Shown here: positions 17,060 to 31,226 of the stretch, piece after piece
Numbering within the stretch: position 1 is the stretch's first letter
How the letters are laid out: the number at the start of each line of letters is the position of its first letter
Source: the human T2T-CHM13v2.0 reference genome, Homo sapiens
Direction: 5' to 3' (one strand)
NCBI RefSeq assembly: GCF_009914755.1
Contig: NC_060932.1
DNA: 64,000 bases
Position numbers and translations under genes: made by a program
Notes under the pieces: generated by a model
What the model saw: only the letters and a program-made list of their open reading frames with translations
Database searches by the model: none
Told to the model about the DNA's origin: nothing

Positions 17060-18530
17060 GCAAAAGGAAGGAATACGTGACAGGACAACTCAGGGGCCAG
17101 GGCAGTGGTGAAATAGACAAGACTCTCGCCCTCATGAGGCCTACATTGTAGTCACTGGGAACAGGCAAGAACCAGTACACAAATACATTAAGCCAGTAAG
17201 TTTCAAACCAGATAAATCTATAAAGAAACGAAATGAAATCATTTCACAGGGTGAGAGGACTGCTTTAGAAAGGATGGCGAGGAGAGGCCTCTCTGAGGAG
17301 GTGACACTTGAGCTGCACTTTGGGTGACAATCTTGACCCCACTGTAAGAATGTGAGGGCTGAGCTCCAGTCAGAAGAGGAAGGGGGCATAGCAGAGCCAG
17401 CTCACCATGTCCATGCAACAAAGAGGCCAGTGTGGTTGGTGCTCATACACAACCATGTCCATGCAACAAAGATGCCAGTGTGGTTGGTCCCATACACAAC
17501 CATGTCCATGCAACAAAGAGGCCAGTGTGGTTGGTGCTCGTACACAACCATGTCCATGCAACAAAGATGCCAGTGTGGTTGGTCCCCATACACAACCATG
17601 TCCATGCAACAAAGAGGCCAGTGTGATTGGTGCCTGTACACAGAGGGGACAGAGGGTGTGAGGAGGCTTCTGTGTGGGCCCTGTGGCTCTAAATAGGATG
17701 CTCGTTCTATTCTCAGAGGAATGGGAAGTCGGGAAGAGTCTGAAACAGGAGAGTGGTACGCATGATATGATTACATCACGAAAGCCCTGCCCAAAAAATG
17801 CAGGGTATCTTGAATATATTTTTAGTATTGAAATATTTGAGGCCAACTTGGTGCATTACATTAATAAATTTAATTTTTAAGATCTGCAGGAGGTCTCAGG
17901 GCTTGGGAATGTTTTATCATTGGAACTGTGCTTGCCCTAACAGTAAGTTGAAGTGCTCACAAAGATAATCTATTACATTTAAAACAATCTTTAAATGTTT
18001 AAGATAATTTAACAAGTAGGGGTCAAGTCAGAGACTGGAAGGACTAGAGGAAGTAAGTCCAACAAAGGTGAGCAGAGAGACAATGCAGGCAAGCAGTAGG
18101 GAGGGAGGGAGGCCTGGAGTTAGGGGATTCAAGCCCTTGAGCAAGGCTAGGCCATGGGAAGAAGGCAAGGTGAGTTTGACCATTAGGATCCTGGGGATGG
18201 AGGTGCAGCTACAAAGGCCTTGACAGTAGTCTGAACTTTGCCATGGTGATGAAAAGCCCCTGCAGAGTTTTTAAGCAGAGGAGTGATATGTTGAGAATTA
18301 AGGAGGAGTAATATCTTTGAGGGAAAGTGTGAAGAAAGGAAAGCAGAGAGCTGAGGATTGAGCCTTGGGTAAGGCCTATATTTCTATAGGGAATTTCAGA
18401 TCAAGAAATGAGTCAGTGAAAGATCTTGAAGATCTTAAGAGCAGTATGGTGGGAACCAGAGGTGAAGTTTTCAAGGAGACCAAGAAGTGGAAAACACACT
18501 GGCTTTAACGATTGCAAGTTCCACCAGCAA
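17060..18530 (-). mobile_element. L2 fragments hosting the 48-bp VNTR
   Basis: gacaagactctcgccctcatgagg, ggcctctctgaggaggtgacacttgagctg, gagtttttaagcagaggagtgatatg. Confidence 0.7.
17404..17642. repeat. Minisatellite, 5 units of 47-48 bp with alternating variants
   Basis: Units start at 17404, 17452, 17499, 17547 and 17595; consensus accatgtccatgcaacaaagakgccagtgtggttggt...tacaca. Confidence 0.95.
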
Positions 18531-18769
18531 CTTTGGGGAATGGAGAGTCATTGAGGCCTATGGTGAGGCCAGAGGGGAAATAAATTGGCAAATCATGGTA
18601 AGTTCATGGCAGACCTGAGATTTGTGCTTAGGGTCACGTTTGCCTCACCGCAGGCTGACTGCCAGGTGTGTGCATATGTGTGTGTGCGTGCATGTGTGTG
18701 TTTTAACACGGGTGATAAACTTTTGCAGAGGTCAGGGGAAACCAGCCAGTCCTCAAAGATTCCATGTAA

Positions 18770-19527
<758 letters not shown>

Positions 19528-20649
19528 TTCTAAAAGTTACATCATTCGTCCACCTGTGTGCTTTATACCAGGAGGTTTTGCAGCAGATAACCAGAGAAAG
19601 AAGTGTCTAGCTTCCATGGTAGTGCCCAATGTCTGTAATTCGACTTCATGTCCAACTTTTAACTCTTTTCCCTCATTTCCCCCCCTCTAGTCCTTAATGG
19701 AATGAACTCTTTCTTGGTCTTCAATGTGGAGGCAGTTTGGGTTTTATGTCCAATGAGATGATTTTGGAGTTTCAGAAGAGCCCTGTCCTTCAAAAATGAA
19801 GTTGACTGACTAATGAAATGTCTTTAATTGGGTACATATTTTAATTTCACAGTTAGACAAGCATGTCAACATGCAAATACATCCAGAAAGAGAATATGTT
19901 GACAAGATCCTTCACATTAAGGTAGAAATAAACATCCAAACATTTTCTAAGCTCAGGGTTTGTTTTGGAAGCGGAATTTCTAGGTGCCAGGATAGGAAGA
20001 ACTATCAAAGAGTAGAGGAAAGGAACCAGAATGGGGGCTTGCCAGCTTTCCATACTGCTGTCATGTGGCAAACCACAGAAAGAACAAGGCACGGCGAGAA
20101 GATTCTGCTAAATGCTGAGAAAACAGAAATGTTGAAACCATGCCCCTGCCCGCTAGCATCTCACAATCTGCTTCAGTGTAGCCTCTGCATCATAAAATTT
20201 AGCTTGGAAGGGACCTTAGGGATCATAAAATCCACATCTTTATTTCATAAATGAGAAAACTGAGACTCAGAGAAGTTGACACTAATTTTCTTTGTAACTT
20301 TGGACATGCTGTTTAATCTTTATGTTTCTGATCGCCAGAGAAAATGTGACCTTCAAGCACTTACGGAAAATAACAGTGCATTTTCTAAGAACTTTCATCT
20401 TCAGTTTGTGCTTACCCAGACGGTTTAAAGATTTATGGGCTTAGAAACACATCTCTGAGTCAGACGTACAGTGGGGATTTCCAGCACTTATTGTGGAGAC
20501 CAGCCAGGTCTCCAGTTGACTCACTTGGAGGATGTTGACAAGCCTGAGTCCCAAAAGTGAGTTCATTTTGTAGAGTCCTAGGGTGAGAGCTCAAGCATTG
20601 GCCAAACAAGAGGAAGCCCTTCTGGTTTTGCCAGTCAACCAACCAGCAG

Positions 20650-20885
20650 AGTGAAAGAATATGGGCTTAGGAATCAGCTGCAGGCATGTTTGAGTTTCAG
20701 CTCAACTGCTCTGTAGCAGTAGTCTCAGACAATTCAGTTTGGCTTCCTACACTCAGTTTCCTCTGTGCAAGGCAGAGGACTAATACCAACTACAGTCATG
20801 TGGCTAGGATTGAATGAGATCATGAACTTAGAGTCTATCACAGAAACTGGGACATAATAGGTATTCCATAAAATAGGATTATTAA
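20650..20885 (+). mobile_element. MIR
   Basis: gaaagaatatgggcttaggaatcag...ctcagtttcctctgtgcaa...aggattgaatgagatcatg. Confidence 0.75.
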
Positions 20886-21049
20886 TGCCCAACATGCTTA
20901 TGCTTTTATACATTGATATTATATGCCCAAATTTCTCATAGAAAAAGGATAGTGAGAGGGAAAGTTCAGAAATTAGTTAAGTCTAAAGGCATTAGTATTT
21001 CCCTAGCATGTATACAGCCTTTATAAGGTTCATGGAGACTCCCAGGCCT

Positions 21050-21629
21050 ACAGTAGCTACAGAGATCAACAATGGTCAGTGTCCTATGTGGCACCACTTC
21101 AAGATCATCTCAGGCCCAGTTCTTACATCAGCCACCATTGCATTAACCAAGTTCAGCACAGGCTTTTACCAGCTTCACTCAGGTGCAACTTGGCAGTACC
21201 TCACCTCTGATCTGCATTGCTGGCTTCTTGCTTTCTGCCTCTGGGCTTCTTTGATACTACAGTGTGGGACATTCCAATAAAACCCTGAATACTCACACAT
21301 GTGACTCTGGAGAGCGTGGAGGAGTTAACACCCACAGAACTGCCTTCATCCAATATGGGATGGGAATCTGTGCATGCATGCTTCTTGCCCCTTTGATCCT
21401 CCCATGGGGACAGTTCTCAGACACATTTCATGAAGCTTCTCAGAAAGTCACACCAGATACTAAGTACAAGTAGGGGCCATCTCCATAACACACCTTTGGA
21501 CTGGTTTCTTTCCTTCCTTCCCCATCCTTTGCTCCTGTTCCCTAGGGTCGCATTCCCAATTAAACTACCTATGCACAAGCCTCTGCTTCAGGCTCAGGCT
21601 CTGCTTTCAGGGGAATGCAGGCTAAGATA
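21050..21629 (+). mobile_element. LTR16-like ERVL LTR
   Basis: ggagttaacacccac...cccaattaaactacctatgcacaagcctctgcttcaggctc...ggggaatgcaggctaagata. Confidence 0.7.
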
Positions 21630-21894
21630 CCACCTATTCCTATGGTTACCTAGAACAAAAGGCTTGCAGAGAATAAAGGGGCAGTAGAGAGTCCACTGCC
21701 CCTTTATGGAGGAAAAATAAATGGCTGGAGTGCTGTCTCCTCTCCTCGCTCCTGTAACAAATGTCACTGGCTGAATGAGATGTTCTTTCCCAGAAAGCCC
21801 AGACACAGCCTCAGAACCCTTCTCTCCACTGCTGCAGACAATCTCCATCAACTGACTAAAGTTAATCCTTAAGATAAAATTCATTTGCTATCTT

Positions 21895-22345
21895 GGGTCC
21901 AAGAGATTGGATTCAAGTCTCAAATAGTTACTAGCTATGTAGCTTTGAAACATCTCTCCTAACTTTTCTGAGCTTCGGTTTTCTCATCTATCAAACAGAG
22001 ATAATAATTTGTTTCACATTGTTATTAAGAATATTTAATATTATTTAAATTTATTTAATATTTAATAACACAATATACTAAAGCACCTAGCCAGATCTTT
22101 GGCATATAGGAAATAATAAATGTAATTTTAGTCTCCCTTTTTCATTTTAAAATGCAAGGAGCAGGCAAAGAACAGACACAGTAACTCACTGCATAAACTG
22201 GGCAGGTCAACCTCTATCTTAAGATGTTACATCTGTAAAAAGGATGTAATTCATACCTCGATTCTTCACTGTGGTAAGGATCAGATGGAATAATGCATGA
22301 ACCAGAGTACTGTTTCAATAGTAATACTAGGATTATTGTTGTATT
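21895..22345 (+). mobile_element. Two MIR fragments
   Basis: ctgagcttcggttttctcatctatcaaacagagataata; catctgtaaaaaggatgtaat. Confidence 0.65.
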
Positions 22346-23149
22346 TCAAATGAAAAATTCTAAGGACTACTGAGGCTACAAGATCGGTATTGCCCAGCTA
22401 AAAAAGGCCAAATCCTTAGTCCCTGCTCCTTATGTCAGACTGCTTCCCATCTGGGACATTCAGACAATTTTAACCACCATCTACAGCATGACAAACTCAA
22501 AGTGATTGTGTTGATGACCAAGAAGTTCACCAAACACCATGGAGTCCTGCTGTACTGTGAGAAAAGGAAGGAGGAAGAAGGTAAATAACTCTTAAGATGG
22601 GCTTCCTACTCTGATCAGCTCTAAATCAATGATTGAGGAACTAGCTATAGAAATCTGAATCTGCTGTAGCTCGCCAGGATGAAAGATGTATTCTTAAATG
22701 TGGCAAACTAGTGATTACATCAGGGTAGAAACATTACGGCTGATGGCAGAGCTACAAGGAGGCATACAGGACAAAATGCAAGAGGTCATCAGTCTGCTAA
22801 TTTCTGAGTTAATAAATCCTCCCTCTACACAAAAGTCTAGTCCCTGAAACAATTCTGTCATCACTTTTGTCGCTTTTAATGGATAGACTTGCTGATGTTT
22901 ATGATTACTTAAATCTCTAAATATCTATACTTCTCATACTATTTTGCAATAATAAATTCCCATGTGTTCCCCTCTGTTGACTGCACAAGAAATGAACTGA
23001 AAATCAAAAGAATGGTCAGCAAGAAAGAAGAGTAATATGTCAAATTACAAGAACCAGCAAACAAAGAACCCGATAAATTATTTTTTTTAATATGGAGAAT
23101 GATCAAACTATGATATGAATATGAACTGTTAGACTTTTATGAAAATGAA

Positions 23150-23360
23150 AATTCAGACCTAGAATGGGTCATTGAGATCATGGAATACAAAATTCTTTAT
23201 TTTACAGATAAGAACACTGAAGCTCAGAGTGGTTAAGCTATTTACATGAAGATCAGGCAGCTAATTAGTGAGAAAGATATTGCTGCTTGAAAGTCCAGAG
23301 ATTTGAATCCAGCTCTCCAAATTTATTTTAAAATATTCTTTCCACTCAATCATAGCTGCA
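23150..23360 (-). mobile_element. MIR
   Basis: attttacagataagaacactgaagctcagagtggttaag. Confidence 0.75.
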
Positions 23361-23559
23361 CATCATGGGTAACATGGATTGTTTTAGAAAAAAATATACA
23401 AAAGTTAAAACAGAAGTTCACCATTTTATTTTCAGTTTTTTAAGCCCAAGAGAGGATCAATATTTCAGAGAATATGTTATAGAATTTTTATAATTAAAAT
23501 GTAGATATAAGATTTTTGAAGTAATAATTCATAATCAAAATTGTTTTAACATAAAAATA

Positions 23560-25005
23560 GAATCACAGGCCAATAGAATAAAAACCCCAGAAGTAAACTC
23601 ATGCATATATGATCAGCTAATCTTCAACAATATTGCCAAGGACACACAATGGGGAAAGGATAGTCTCCTCAATAAACAGTGTTGGTAAACCTGTATATCT
23701 CTGTGCAAAAGAAATTAAAGCCTTATCTTACACCATACACAAAAATTAACTCAAAATAGATTACAGACTCAAACATAAGGCCTGAAAAGCTCCTTGACAT
23801 TGGTCTCAGCAATGATTTTTTGGTTATGACACCAAAAGCATAGGCAATAAAAGCAAAAATAAAAAAGTGAGACTACATCAAACTAAAAAGCTTCTGCACA
23901 ACAAAGGAACCATAATAAAATAAAAGGACCATCGAATGGAAGAAAATATTTGCAAAACATATTTGATAAAAGGTTAATATCTAAAATATATAAGGAATTC
24001 ATACCACCCAATAGCAAAATTAAAATAACCCAATTAAAAATTGGGCAAAGGACTTTAACAGACATTTATATCAAGGACACAAAAATGGCCACCAGGTACA
24101 TGAAAAGGTGGTTGACATCACCAATCATCTGAGAAATGCAAATCAAAACCATAATGAGATATCACCTCACACTTGATAGGATGACTATTATCAAAATATA
24201 AGAAATAACAAGTATTGATGAGGGTGTGAAGAAGAGGGAATTCTTGTACACTGTTGGTGAGAATGTAAATTGGTATACCCATTACGTAAAACAGTATGGA
24301 GGTTCCTAAAAAAATTAAAAATAGAGCTACCATATGATCCAGCCATCCCAATACTGTGTATATATCCAAAGGAAATAATATTAGTATCTTCAAAAGATAT
24401 CTGCACTCCAGTGTTCATTGTAGCATTATTCACAACAGACAAGATATGGAAATAACCTAAGTGTCTGTCAATGGATGAACAGATAAAGAAATTACAATAG
24501 AATATTATTCAGCCTTTAAAAAGACGCAAATGTTGTCACTTACAAGAACATGAATGAACTTGGAGGACATTATGCTAAATTAAATAAGCCAGACACAATA
24601 AAGCAAGCATTAGATGATATCACTTACACGTGGAATCTAAAAAGGTTGAACCTAGAGAAACAGAGAGTAGAATGGTAGTTGCTAAGGATTAGAAGGTGAG
24701 GGAAATGGGTAGATGTTAGTCAAAGGGTACAAACATTCAGCTGTAAGGTGACTAAGTTTTAGAGATCAAATGTACAGCTTGGTAGCTAAAATTAATAATA
24801 ATATATTGTATATTTGAAATTTGCTAAATGACTAGATCTTAAATGCTCTCACTGCAAAAAATTGTTAACGTGAACTGATGTATATGTTAATTAGCTTGGT
24901 TGTGAGAATAATTACATAAGATATACTCATATAAAACACCATGTTAAACACTTTAAATATATATAATTTTTATTTACCAATTATGTGTCAGTAAAGCTTG
25001 GGGGG
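23560..25005 (+). mobile_element. L1MA9-like 3' fragment (ORF2 end and 3'UTR)
   Basis: ORF2 C-terminal remnant (...[21 protein letters not shown]...) and L1MA-type 3'UTR gggtacaaacattcagctgtaag...gaaatttgctaaatgactagatcttaaatg. Confidence 0.88.
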
Positions 25006-26462
25006 AGGGGAATGTCTTAAAATGAACACTCATTTCCTCAAAGGGATTAATAATATTTTTAAAATGTATATATATGTAAGTACAGATTTGTCACTAGGAA
25101 AGAAATGACTGGAAATTATCAAACTAGAAACGAGTCTAGTCAGTTCCCAGAGTGCCGGACACATTCTTTGGGTAGAAAATATGCCTGCTCTCTGCTGACC
25201 ACCTAAAGACCTACTTAGTGGCATGTGTTTTACACCAGAATGCACATAAACCAGAATATATTTAGGAGTTGGTCTATTTCTAGTCACACAAGTTTTGTTT
25301 CCTAAATAAGACTTCAGATTACCATTTGGGTTTGTTCCCCAAAATTTCAGCACTCCATATGGTTGAAGATGTAGTCCCATATTCTTAACAAGACCTTGTG
25401 TGAACTGTGTACAGTACTGTCTTCAAACTGTTCGCTCCTATGCATATTCCATGGTGAGTAGAAATGCAAGGTTTATGAGAGAAGCAGGAAACAGGCATGT
25501 TCCAAAGTTGAAGTTCTGAACTGCTTTCCAAATTTTCAAATGTAAAAATGTCTTTAGTTTGCTAAAACTGTTATAAATGATAGCACAGAACATACACACT
25601 CAGCTTATGGAAAGCCACAGAATATAGTAATTATCCTAATTAGAGCCCAAAAACCTACTATAGTAGCTTTTTTTAGTGCACTAATAATAACATTATAGCT
25701 GTAATTTTATGTTAGGTAAAATGATTATTTGTAAAGCTACATAAGTCTTATCTAAAATGATTATCTGTAAAGCTACAGAAGTTTAATACTGAGGATGTAT
25801 TACAATTATTTTTGATATCAGGATAAAAATACCTGTTCATGAATGATGGTATTGATTTTCTCTTCTGACTTGTCTCCAGTTACAGGTGTAATAGCCAATA
25901 TTACTTATATTAACAACTAGCACCCATTTTAAAATTTCTGTAGTGCTGATAATTTATATGCAAGGAAATTAAGACAATGAGTTATCAATACTTGGGTTGA
26001 ATCAGTGTGAGAAACTAAAATGCAAATAGGTAAAAAAAATAGGTTACTTCACTAAGTTTTCATAATGCATTTGAAAACGTGGTTTCATAATGCAATGACC
26101 TGGGGCTACCAACTGTTTGTAATAGCACAAATCTAAACAGTATTATGGGCATATATTTCAATAGCTCACATCCTTCTTGAAAGAAAATCATTTTTCATGG
26201 CCATTATTCACATAAAAGTTCAAATCTCTCCAATCAGCTTTTATATAACAGTTTTATGGATTTATCTTAGGAACAAAATTAACCAAAAGACCCTGTAGTA
26301 GTTTTCCTTCCAGCATATCTTCTCTACCTATTTTATTATTCATTGTAAAACTACTGGGTGAATAGTATATGTTTTTTCAGATGTTTCTAATCAGTAGATA
26401 AATAGGTACACATAGTGCACAAAAATCTAAGACAGAGAAGGTGAATAAAAAAGTGTTATTTA

Positions 26463-26969
<507 letters not shown>

Positions 26970-26971
26970 TT

Positions 26972-26990
26972 TGGTGGCCTCATACAGGGA
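26972..26990 (+). other. Primer-binding site, tRNA-Ile-like
   Basis: tggtggcctcatacaggga just after the LTR end; major splice donor cg|gtgagt follows at 27003. Confidence 0.7.
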
Positions 26991-29272
26991 TTCTCTAAAG
27001 CGGTGAGTAATATCCGACCACTTTCGCTTGCTATTCTGTCCTGTCCTTCCTTAGAATTGGAGGAAAATACTGGGCACCTGTTGGCCGGTTAAAAACAATT
27101 AGCATGGCTGCCGGACTTAAGACTTAGGTGTGAGGCTGTCTGGGGAAGGGCTTTCTAACAACCCCCAACTCTTTTGGGTTGGGAGCACTGGTCTGCCTGG
27201 AACCAAATTCCACTTTCAGTTTTCCTGGGGAAGCCGAGGCCGCCTAGAGGCAGAAAGCTGTCATCCCGAACTCCCAGCATTAGCCAGCTGAGATCATGGC
27301 ATAGCCAGAAGTCTCTACCCAACAGTCGCCCATGCGTGTGCCCCTACCTTTCCTTCTGACCCATACCTCCTGGGTCCCGACCATGACTTTCTTGAAAGTG
27401 TAGCCCCAAAATTCTCCTTAGCTCTGAATCTACTTCCTCCGATCCCTGCCTCCTAGGTACTAATGGTTCAGACTTTCATTTCCTCTAGCAAGTTGTATCT
27501 CCAAAGAGATCTAAGGAAGCTCTACACTGTGTCCTTAGGCATCTAGGCTATGAACCCAGGGAGTCCTGTCCCTGGTGTCCCTCCCAATTTAGGTATACAG
27601 CTCTCAACATAGGCAGTTATGTGGGACCCGTTCCCCACCACTCTTGCCAGGGCCCCAAGTTTGTAAATGGCTAGGAAGATTGCTCTCCCATTGTGTAAGA
27701 TGCTCTCCTCCCCGAATTTCTACCCAGCTTCCACGCTGCCCCCCCCCACCCCCTTCCCCCGCCCCCTGCAATACAATCTCCAAGCCTTGGCTCCTTGGTC
27801 AGGGCCTTAGAACTGATAACCCAGTACTTTAACAACTGGAACTGGGTCTACAACAACATAATAGATCAGGATAAAAGTGAATTGAGTAAGTCAGAGGCAC
27901 AGAGAGAGAAAGAAGGGAAAGAGAGGCAGAGAGAAAGACAGAAAGGAAGAGAAAGATAGAAGTAGTAAAGAAAAAACAATGTGCCCTATTCCTTTAAAAG
28001 CTGGGGTAAATTTAAAACCTATAATTGATAATTGAAGGCCTTCTCCGTGACCCTGTAACACTCCAATACTACCTTGTTGTCAGTGTAAACAAGGGCATAC
28101 CCTGAAAACACTGAGACAACCCGTAGCCTTCTTATCAAAAATTCTTAACCCAGTAACCCACAGATGGCCCAAATACATTCAAACTGTAGTGGCAACTGCT
28201 TTGCTAACAGAAGAAAGTAGAAAAATAACCTTTAGAGGAAAACTCATTGTGAGCATACCTCACCAGTTCAGACTATCCTAAGTAAAAAAGCAAAAAGGTA
28301 GCTTACTAACTAAAAAATCTAAAAGGATAGTGCTATTCTGTTAGAAAAAGGTGATTTAACATTAACCACTGAAAAATTCCCTAAACCCTGCAGATTTCCT
28401 AACAGGGGATTTAAATCTCAATTACCACACAAAGTTCCGACCAGACCTAGACAGGACGATAGATGGTTCCTCCCAGGTGATTGAGGAAAAAAAAAAAAAA
28501 ACACAATGGATATTCAGTAATTGATAGGGAAACTCTTGTAGAAGCAGAGTTAGGAAAATTGCCTAATAATTGGTCTGCTGAAACCTGAAAGTTGTTTGTA
28601 CTCAGCCAAGACTTAAAGTATTTGCAGGATGAAAAAAAAAAAATCTATACCAATTCTAAGTCAATTTGGACTAAACAAGGTCTTATTAATAGCAAAGGAT
28701 AATTGAAATCCTAAATCTACAAGGTTTTCAACAAAAGTAAAGTTTGCTAAAAGTTAACAGTGTAACCTGCATTATCCTAATCTTGCGGCCTTAGACAGTC
28801 TAGTCCACAGACATAAAGGAAGTTCACATTGGAAAAAAATGGTTATCATCTTTAAAAATCTCTATCTCAATCCTGGCTCAAAAGGTTGCTTACACCCTCT
28901 ATGAAATGAATTTGCATAAGAACTGTTGTTTATGGGAATGCATCTTGATGGGGCAACTGGGCTGTTATGAAATACTCAGGAACCCAGCCCAGCTCTAGGA
29001 CTCACCCCTGAGCACAAAGGCAATGTTGGGCACACTGGTAAAGGACTGCTAGAATCCAGCAGCCCGGACCCCTTTTTCTGTGGTCAACAAAGGCAAGAAA
29101 AGGGGTGCAGGACTGCTACATCAGTGAGCGTTAACTAATCCGATAAGCAGAGGTCCATGGGTGGTTACGCACCCTGGAAAGGAGTAAGCATTAGGACCAT
29201 AGAAGACGCTCTTGGACTAATGCTCGTCAGAAAATGACTAGGGGTGCTGGCATCCCTATGTTCTTTTTCCAG

Positions 29273-30304
29273 ATGGGAAATGTTCCCCCCAAGGCAAAAA
29301 CGCCCCTAAGATGTATTCTGGAGAATTCGGCCCAGAGTGCATGTACCTCTTTCCCTCTCAGACTTGAAGCAAATTAAAATAGACCTAGGTAAATTATCAG
29401 ATAACCCTGATGGCTATATTGATGTTTTACAAGGGTTAGGACAATCCTTTTATCTGACTTGGAGCCATATATTGTTACTGCTAGATTAGACACTAGCCCC
29501 AAATGAGAGAAGTGCTGCCATAACTGCAGCCTGAGAGTTTGGCGATTTCTGGTATCTCAGTCAGGTCAATGATAGGATGACAAAAGAGGAAAAAGAACAA
29601 TTCCCCACAGGCCACCAAGCAGTTCCCAGTGTAGACCCTCACTGGGACGCAGAATCAGAACATGGAGATTGGTGCCACAGACATTTGCTAACTTGCGTGC
29701 TAGAAGGACTAAGGAAAACTAGGAAGAAGCCTATAAATTATTCAATGATGTCCACTATAACATAGGGAAAGGAAGAAAATCCTACTGCCTTTCTGGAGAG
29801 ACAAAGGGAGGCATTGAGGAACCAAACCTCTCTGTCACCTGATTCTATTGAAGGCCAACTAATCTTAAAGGGTAACTTTATCACTCAGTCAGTTGCCGAC
29901 ATTAGAAAAAACTTCAAAAGTCTGCCTTAGGCCCAGAGCAAAACTTAGAAACCCTAATGAACTTGGCAACCTTGGTTTTTTATAATAGAGATCAGGAGGA
30001 GCAGGCGGAACGGGACAAACGGGATTAAAAAAAAAAAAAGGCCACTGCTTTAGTCATGGCCTTCAGGCAAGTGGACTTTGGAGGCTCTGGAACAGGGAAA
30101 GGCTGGGCAACTCGAATGCCTAATAGGGCTTGCTTCCAGTGCGGTCTACAAGGACACTTTAAAAAAGATTGTCCGAATAGAAATAAGCCACCCCCTCGTC
30201 CTTGCCCCTTATGTCAAGGGAATCACTGGAAGGCCCACTGCCCCAGGGAACGAAGGTCCTCTGAGTCAGAAGCCACTAACCAGATGATCCAGCAGCAGGA
30301 CTGA
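29273..30304 (+). pseudogene. HERV-W gag remnant (internal deletion, stops, frameshifts)
   Basis: ATGGGAAATGTTCCCCCCAAG after acceptor ttctttttccag; capsid remnant (VPSVDPHWD...HLLTCVLEGLRK); zinc knuckle CFQCGLQGHFKKDC; ends QQQD-TGA. Confidence 0.9.
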
Positions 30305-30622
30305 GGGTGCCCAGGGCAAGCGCCAGCCCATGCCATCACCTTCACGGAGCCCCAGGTATGCTTGACCATTGACAGCCAGGAGGTAAACTGTCTCCTGGAC
30401 ACTGGTACAGCCTTCTCAGTCTTACTCTCCTGTCCCAGACAACTGTCCTCCAGATATCTCACTATCCGAGGGGTCCTAGGACAGGCAGTCACTAGATACT
30501 TCTCCCAGCCACTAAGTTGTGACTGGGGAACTTTACTCTTTTCACATGCCTTTCTAATTATGCCTGAAAGCCTCACTCCTTTGTTAGGGAGAGACATCCT
30601 AGCAAAAGCAGAGGCCATTATA
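30305..30622 (+). pseudogene. HERV-W protease remnant
   Basis: LLDTGTAFSVL active-site motif and PLLGRDIL. Confidence 0.9.
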
Positions 30623-31226
30623 CACTAGAATTAGGAGAAGGAAAAAGGGTAAATACATATACAGACTCTAAGTATGCTTACCTAATCCTCCATGCCCATG
30701 CAGCAATATGGAGAGAAAGGGAATTCCTAACTTCCGAGGGAACACCTGTCAAACATCAGGAAGCCATTAGGAGATTATTATTGGCAGTACAGAAACCTAA
30801 AGAAGTGGCAGTCTTACACTGCCAGGTTCATCGGAAAGGAAAGGGAAATAGAAGGGAACTGCCAAGCGGATATTGAAGCCAAAAGAGCCGCAAGGCGGGA
30901 CCCTCCATTAGAAATGCTTATAGAAGGACCCCTAGTATGGGGTAATCCCCTCCAGGAAACCAAGCCCCAGTACTCAGCAGAAGAAAGAACGGGGAACCTC
31001 ACGAGGACATAGTTTCCTCCCCTCAGGATGGCTAGCCCCGAAGAAGGAAAAATACTTTTGCCTGCAGCTAACCAATGGAAATTTTAAAACCCTTCACCAA
31101 ACGTTTCACTTAGGCATTGATAGCACCCATCAGATGGCCAAATCATTATGTACTGGACAAGGCCTTTTCAAAACTATCAAGCAGATAGTCAGGGCCTGTG
31201 AAGTATGCCAAAGAAATAATCCCCTG
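30623..31226 (+). pseudogene. HERV-W pol remnant: RNase H C-terminal part and integrase N-terminus, RT deleted
   Basis: YTDSKYAYLILHAHAAIW (RNase H) directly after the protease; CEVCQRNNP (IN zinc finger); no RT YxDD motif. Confidence 0.88.

Noticed and set aside
17404-17642. CRISPR-like array or repeat-protein gene (ORFs in six frames)
   Set aside because: Units are contiguous with no unique spacers, there are no cas genes and the context is mammalian. The ORFs follow from a stop-poor 48-nt period.
25717-25782. 36-bp imperfect tandem duplication (similar small ones near 43428-43462 and 60865-60891)
   Set aside because: Ordinary slippage-type duplications with no further structure.
27893-27978. 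Purine-rich (AG) tract
   Set aside because: Standard feature of the HERV-W leader.
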